The position numbers and the translations under genes were made by a program. A stretch of 64,000 nt of DNA from Candidatus Sulfomarinibacteraceae bacterium (GTDB taxonomy: Bacteria; Acidobacteriota; Thermoanaerobaculia; Thermoanaerobaculales; Sulfomarinibacteraceae), in assembly GCA_963796455.1 (NCBI GenBank), contig CAWCLO010000001.1, forward strand, positions 1,184,001 through 1,248,000. Reading direction: 5' to 3'. The notes under the pieces were generated by a model that did no database searches, was not told where the DNA came from, and worked only from the letters and a program-made list of their open reading frames with translations. Below, piece by piece: positions 59,010 to 64,000 of the stretch; position 1 is the stretch's first letter; each line of letters begins with the position of its first letter.

Positions 59010-60242
59010 ATGGAAGACAGAGATTTTGGAAAATGGCTGGTCACGAACGGATTGCTGCAGAAAGACGATCTGCGGCGGGCAATGGAAATCCACACCGCGA
59101 CCCACAGCCGTTTGGACACCGTACTGATCGATCTCGGCTTGATGCCCGAGGATCCGCTGCTCGAAGCACTCGGCCGTTTCCACAACACGCGGACCGTTTC
59201 AAGGGTCGAGTTGCATTCGATCGGGCCGACGGTCGCACATGCGCTTTCTCCGCGCATCGCCACTCGACTCAGAGTGGCCCCATTTCGTATTGATGGAAAG
59301 ACCCTTTCGGTCGCGACCCTGGACCCGGGCGACCTTTTGATCGAGGATGAGCTTTCGCTCATCACCGGGGGGCTGGTGGCAAGCTATGTCACTCTCGAGT
59401 TCCGGCTCTTCGAAGCACTTTCGCGCCTCTACAACCTCAAACTGCCCGCCCACTACGAGGCCCTGATTCAAAGAGCGGACGCGCGCGGCGCAACGCCGGG
59501 CGGAATCCCGGTGGCCGCGTCAAAAGGCCCTCAGTACAAAGATCCGGACAGCAACGACATCAAGAAAGAGATGCACATTCCGCACAAGTTGCGCCGCCGC
59601 CACACCGATTTCACCGATCCGCTCGATCTCAGCGCCGAAGATTTGAGCCTGTTTCCTTCGCTGCGAGGAGATGCGGAAGATCCCGCCGGGAAAGGAATTT
59701 CGAGCCCCGTCATGCCTCGCATCGAGGCCCCTCCAGCCGATCTGACACCCGAGGAACGGCTCGCCGCAACAGCGCGCGCCCTCCAGAATGCCGAAATGCG
59801 CGAAGATATTGCCGACGCGGTGCTGGGTTATTGCGCCCCACTTTTTAAACGGCGCATGATGCTCGTGCTTCGCGGCGACACAGTGATGGGTTGGCGAGGC
59901 GAAGGCGAGGGGGTCGATCCGGACCAGGTCCGGAGGATCTCGATTCCCATATCCGATCCGTCCGTCTTTGTCGGTTTGGTTCAGGGGACGGAGTTCTGGC
60001 TCGGTCCGCTGCCCGAGATGCCCCGCAACCAGGAATTGGTCCGGGGCCTCGGTGGAAAACCGCCGACTGAGTGCTTCATTCTGCCCGTCACCATGCGAGA
60101 CAAGCCCGTGTGCTTCCTCTACTATGACAATATCGACGACGGTGTCGGCGGGTTGCCGATGGGGGAAATGCGGCGTTTGGCGGCCAAGGCCAGCCTCGCG
60201 TTTCAGGTCTATTTATTGAAAAGCAAGATCAGGAATCTTTAA
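59010..60242 (+). CDS. Protein with an N-terminal MshEN/GspE-N-like domain and no ATPase domain
   Basis: FGKWLVTNGLL..DLRRAM..RLDTVLIDLGL, RVAPFRIDGKTLSVATLDP; no Walker motifs. Confidence 0.6.
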   Translation: MEDRDFGKWLVTNGLLQKDDLRRAMEIHTATHSRLDTVLIDLGLMPEDPLLEALGRFHNTRTVSRVELHSIGPTVAHALSPRIATRLRVAPFRIDGKTLSVATLDPGDLLIEDELSLITGGLVASYVTLEFRLFEALSRLYNLKLPAHYEALIQRADARGATPGGIPVAASKGPQYKDPDSNDIKKEMHIPHKLRRRHTDFTDPLDLSAEDLSLFPSLRGDAEDPAGKGISSPVMPRIEAPPADLTPEERLAATARALQNAEMREDIADAVLGYCAPLFKRRMMLVLRGDTVMGWRGEGEGVDPDQVRRISIPISDPSVFVGLVQGTEFWLGPLPEMPRNQELVRGLGGKPPTECFILPVTMRDKPVCFLYYDNIDDGVGGLPMGEMRRLAAKASLAFQVYLLKSKIRNL

Positions 60243-60352
60243 GAAACGCTGGCCTCGGGCGTTATTGCATATGATGAGACCGCACGCTCGGCGAACCTTT
60301 CAGCCGTTGATGCGTAGAACATGAGCGTACGGGACGCGAAGGAGGACTCAAG

Positions 60353-62062
60353 GTGAAAACGAGAACAATCGTGCTGCTGACTGCGACTCTGGCTCTGGCC
60401 CCCGCTTTCCTCGGCCATGCACAACAACTACAGATTTCGGCGCTTCCGAGCGAAGTCGGCCCGCTGCCGGCCGCACCTGGAGAAGTGCTCGAACTCGACC
60501 TGACCGGCGCCTATCAGATTGCACTCGCACGCAATCTCGATCTCCACGTCGGACGTTACGATATCGCCATAGCCGACACCAATGTTCGTGGTTCGGGCGG
60601 AATCTTCGACCCCTATCTCAGAGCATCGATTGACGGCGATTCGGCGAGCGCGCCGACATCGACCGTCCTCGAAGGTGCAAATGTCGCCGAGAGCCGCAAT
60701 ACGCGCTTCAATCTCGGTGTCCAGCAACTGCTCCCGACCGGTACCGAGATCGGAGCGCAGTGGATCTCTTTCCGCGGCGAGACCAACTCGACCTTCTTCT
60801 TTCTCAACCCGCGCTGGGATGCGGCACTCAGCCTGACCTTGACGCAGCCGTTGCTCAACGGTTTCGGCACGGTCGCGACCCGCTCGCAGATCATCATCGC
60901 CGAAAACCTCCGCGAGCAGGCGGCCGTCGGTTTTGAGGTCCAGGTCATCAGCCTCATGGCCCAGGTGGAACAGGCCTATTGGGAGCTCGTTGCGACGCGG
61001 CTTGGCGTGGATGTCACAATCCAGAGCCTTGCCCTCGCCGAACAACTGCTCGAGGAGACTCGCCAAAGGGTCGAGGTCGGGACCTCGGCTCCGATCGACA
61101 TGGTGCAGTCGGAAGCGACCGTGGCGACCCGCAACCAGGAGCTGATCTACGCATACAATGCGGCCAACAACGCCGAGGACAGCCTCAAGGCACTGCTCGG
61201 TTTCGATCTCCCCCACGAGTGGGCCGTTCGGATCGAGACCACCGATTCCTACGAGATGGACCCGGTCCTACCGAATCTCGAGGATTCGATCGATGAGGCC
61301 CTCGAAAAACGCCCTGCGATCATCCGTCAAGAACTCGAACTGGCGAGACTCGATCAAAACGTCAAGCTGGCTCGCAACCGGGCCCTGCCGAACCTCGATC
61401 TCACCGGCAGCTACTCCTGGGGTGGAGTCAGCGGAACCTCGGTCATCGAGGACCCGGATGGAAACCCGGTCACCATCCGCGAGGGATGGGGTGATGCGGC
61501 GTCACAGGTTTTTGACTTCGATTTTCCGCGCTGGACCCTCGGTTTGACCTATACGATGCCGATCGGCAACCATATCGCCAAGGAACAGCTCGCTGCCAGC
61601 CGCTATCAACGCGAACGCGGTGGGGTGCAACTGGCAGCCCTCAAACAGCAGATCACGCGGGATGTCCGTTTTGCAGTGAGGTCGCTCGAGGACGGGGCCG
61701 CTGCCATCGACGCCGCGGTCGCATCACGGCTGCTGGCTGTGCGCAACCTCGAGGCCGAGCAGACCAAATTCGACAACGGGCTCTCCACCAACTTCCAGGT
61801 ATCGGAGATCCAGGATGCCCTGGCGACCGCTCAATTCGCCGAGATCCGCGCCCGCGTGGACTACCGCAAGGCGCTGGCGATCTTCTACGGTTCGACCGGG
61901 ACCTTCCTCGAGGCCAAGGGCGTCGAGATAGCCGACCCGGGCGCTCCCGATTCGGTCCACGACTATTGGAAGGATGTGGAGTGGCTGAAGTTCACCGATT
62001 TCAGGGGCTCACGCGACAAGGTCACGATCCCGGCCGAAGCGGTTTCGGCCTCCACCGACTGA
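60353..62062 (+). CDS. TolC-family outer membrane protein
   Basis: Signal peptide, LTQPLL, EQAYWEL, ALPNLDL, KFDNGLSTNFQV. Confidence 0.88.
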   Translation: MKTRTIVLLTATLALAPAFLGHAQQLQISALPSEVGPLPAAPGEVLELDLTGAYQIALARNLDLHVGRYDIAIADTNVRGSGGIFDPYLRASIDGDSASAPTSTVLEGANVAESRNTRFNLGVQQLLPTGTEIGAQWISFRGETNSTFFFLNPRWDAALSLTLTQPLLNGFGTVATRSQIIIAENLREQAAVGFEVQVISLMAQVEQAYWELVATRLGVDVTIQSLALAEQLLEETRQRVEVGTSAPIDMVQSEATVATRNQELIYAYNAANNAEDSLKALLGFDLPHEWAVRIETTDSYEMDPVLPNLEDSIDEALEKRPAIIRQELELARLDQNVKLARNRALPNLDLTGSYSWGGVSGTSVIEDPDGNPVTIREGWGDAASQVFDFDFPRWTLGLTYTMPIGNHIAKEQLAASRYQRERGGVQLAALKQQITRDVRFAVRSLEDGAAAIDAAVASRLLAVRNLEAEQTKFDNGLSTNFQVSEIQDALATAQFAEIRARVDYRKALAIFYGSTGTFLEAKGVEIADPGAPDSVHDYWKDVEWLKFTDFRGSRDKVTIPAEAVSASTD

Positions 62063-62086
62063 AGCGCGAACCCACCAGCATCACCC

Positions 62087-62119
62087 GGCCGCCCTCAATC
62101 CTGAGGGCGGCCTTTTTTT
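62087..62119 (+). terminator. Rho-independent terminator after the TolC gene
   Basis: GGCCGCCCTCA-ATCC-TGAGGGCGGCC-T7. Confidence 0.92.
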
Positions 62120-62370
62120 GATGCTGGATGCTGAAGCAACCTTGCCCAAGACAGAGTCTCGGATAGCGTGCAGGGACAGCTACGGCGAGCGGCAGACAGC
62201 GAGCAAGAGTCAGCGGCAGCGAGCAGCACTTACATTTTCAGGTTCAACAACCGCCATTTCATGGCACCTGATCGCCGCCCCTGAACACTGACCGCTGAAT
62301 ACTGATCACTGTTCTCCGTCGCTGTTTCCTGTCTCTGCTCGCTGTCGCCGGGGCTGCAATTCGGACGCGG
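62120..62370 (+). mobile_element. Internally deleted derivative (copy D) of the four-helix-bundle element
   Basis: gatgctggatgctg..ttgcccaagacagagtctcgga left anchor, CAGCG arm, gene remnant, right arm ending gcaattcggacgcgg. Confidence 0.82.
62230..62265 (-). pseudogene. 3' remnant of a four-helix-bundle gene
   Basis: Encodes AMKWRLLNLKM*, versus AMTWRLLNPKS* at 48526-48561 (8/11 identical), at the equivalent position in the element. Confidence 0.8.
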
Positions 62371-62535
62371 AGAAACCGCAGATCACGCAGATGAACTCAG
62401 ATAGAGACAACGCCTGGGTGTCACGGCGAATCGCGTAGGCGACCCAAATGGGTGTGTCCGAATTCCTCATTTACGGGGCAGACTGGCTTGCCGCGGCGTA
62501 GCTGCAAGCGAAGCCGGGTGATACCATCCATCGCC

Positions 62536-63840
62536 ATGGACTTCAAACTTGCCCGCCAGTTGTCAGGGACCTTGTGGTCGGCCGTGGTCATGGAACTCTT
62601 CGAGCGCCTCGCCTACTACGGCATGGTGATGGTGCTCGGGATCTACATCGTCGATCGTCTCGGCGTGCCGGCGGACACCTTTGGCCTCGTCTACGGTGTC
62701 TTTACGGCCACACTTTATTTTCTGCCGGTGCTGGCAGGGGCCCTGGCCGACCGATTCGGCTACAAACCAGCCCTGGCTGTCGCATTCGCCACCCTCACCA
62801 CCGGATATTTTCTGCTCGGCTCTTCAAAGGACTTCACAGTCATCTGTGCCGCACTGGGGCTGATCGCCATCGGTGGTTCGATCATCAAACCGACGATCTC
62901 GGGCACGGTGACACGGACCACCGAGGAGGGAAGCACCCGACCGGTTGGTTTCGGCCTCTATTACATGATGATCAACGCCGGTGGTCTGATCGGCCCGGTG
63001 GTGGCGGCCCAGGTGCGAAACCGTACCGAGTTCCACTATGTCTTCTGGGTTTCGGCGGCGGCCTGTGCGCTGATGTTGGCCCAGGCTCTCTTCGCATTCC
63101 GCGAACCGGTTCCGGCCGCCGAACGCGAGTCCGGCAAAACGCTCGGTGACATTTTCCGCGAAATCCTGATGGTGCTCGCGAACTGGCGATTCGTGTTGTT
63201 GCTGGTGATCTTCTCGGGCTTCTGGGGGATGATCAACGTCCTCTTTGGCTTCATGCCACTCTATGTCGAGAACTTCACCGATCTCTACGCCGCCGAGGCT
63301 GCGATCGATCGGATCATCCCCCTGACAAAAGTGGCTGGGCACTGGCTCAACCCAGAGGTCCTGATCTCTCTCGACGCCTTGCTGATCGTTCTGCTCCAGG
63401 CGCCGATCTCGTATCTGACGCGACGCTGGCCAACTCTCCGCGCGATGTTGGTGGGCACGACCATTGCGACTTTTTCGTGGGTCTTCCCGGCCCTGTCTCC
63501 GGCCGCGATCGTCGTCTCCCTCGGCATCCTGGTTTGGTCGATCGGCGAAATGGTCTGTTCTGCTCGGTTCTTCCAATATTGTGGAACAGTCGCTCCATCA
63601 GACCAGGTGGCGCTCTACCTCGGTTATTCCTTTTTCGCGATCTTCATCGGCAACTTCTATTCAGGCCCGTGGGCCGGGTGGCTCTACGAACGCTTTATCC
63701 GCCTGCCTCATGAGGCAGGTCTCGAGATTCACCCGTGGCCCTTCTTCGGTGGGGTCATGGCTATGGGTCTGTTTTCGGTCATCGGCCTCGCACTGTACGG
63801 CCGCTTCATCGGCCCGACCGAAAACGAGGATGAAGCGTGA
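62536..63840 (+). CDS. MFS transporter, POT/peptide-like
   Basis: MELFERLAYYG (ExxER motif), GALADRFGYK, YYMMINAG, WSIGEM. Confidence 0.88.
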   Translation: MDFKLARQLSGTLWSAVVMELFERLAYYGMVMVLGIYIVDRLGVPADTFGLVYGVFTATLYFLPVLAGALADRFGYKPALAVAFATLTTGYFLLGSSKDFTVICAALGLIAIGGSIIKPTISGTVTRTTEEGSTRPVGFGLYYMMINAGGLIGPVVAAQVRNRTEFHYVFWVSAAACALMLAQALFAFREPVPAAERESGKTLGDIFREILMVLANWRFVLLLVIFSGFWGMINVLFGFMPLYVENFTDLYAAEAAIDRIIPLTKVAGHWLNPEVLISLDALLIVLLQAPISYLTRRWPTLRAMLVGTTIATFSWVFPALSPAAIVVSLGILVWSIGEMVCSARFFQYCGTVAPSDQVALYLGYSFFAIFIGNFYSGPWAGWLYERFIRLPHEAGLEIHPWPFFGGVMAMGLFSVIGLALYGRFIGPTENEDEA

Positions 63841-64000
63841 TCGACTCGCTGGCGGCCCTGTTCAACGACCCAAGCGTACCGAGCTGGCACGTTGTGGTGA
63901 TCCATTTCCCGATTGCGCTGGTATGTCTCGCACCACTTTTCGATCTCGGGTGTCTCGTTTTTCGCAACCGGGTGTGGCTCGACCGGGCGGCAGCCGCCTT
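63837..64000 (+). CDS. DUF2231-like membrane protein (5' part, runs off the window)
   Basis: GTGA overlap with the MFS stop; MIDSLAALFNDPSVPSWHVVVIHFPIAL (H...HFPIAL motif). Confidence 0.6.
   Translation, partial: MIDSLAALFNDPSVPSWHVVVIHFPIALVCLAPLFDLGCLVFRNRVWLDRAAAA

Overview
GC-rich bacterial chromosomal window, densely coding. The Na+-NQR genes suggest a marine or saline organism; an Acidobacteriota-like affinity is only my impression. Gene content, in order: nqrABC, GTP-PEPCK, mtaB, mutS, nagZ-like, queC, a BlaI/M56 pair, long-form hutU, then a mevalonate-fed hopanoid locus (single-enzyme squalene synthase, fused HMG-CoA reductase-mevalonate kinase, idi, frameshifted hpnH, hpnB, and convergent shc-hpnG-unknown-ade-SDR). 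After that come lipid genes, two ABC half-transporters, hpt, mqnA, priA, tolC and an MFS transporter. The most unusual signal is intergenic. Many spacers hold modular repeat blocks: 6-9-nt tandem arrays, conserved anchor sequences and REP-like palindromes. One element family has four copies. The complete copy (about 48368-49252) carries only a 117-aa four-helix-bundle (23S-IVS/Avd-like) gene between inverted arms, and its ribosome-binding site lies in a perfect 17-bp inverted repeat. Three derivatives lack the gene (21.3, 23.8 and 62.1 kb); one keeps the gene's last 11 codons plus stop. No transposase, integrase or reverse transcriptase is visible in the window. Also seen: a candidate ~55-nt anti-Shine-Dalgarno sRNA, many probable leaderless genes and two operator/promoter sites. 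All product calls rest on motif recognition by eye; no database searches were run.
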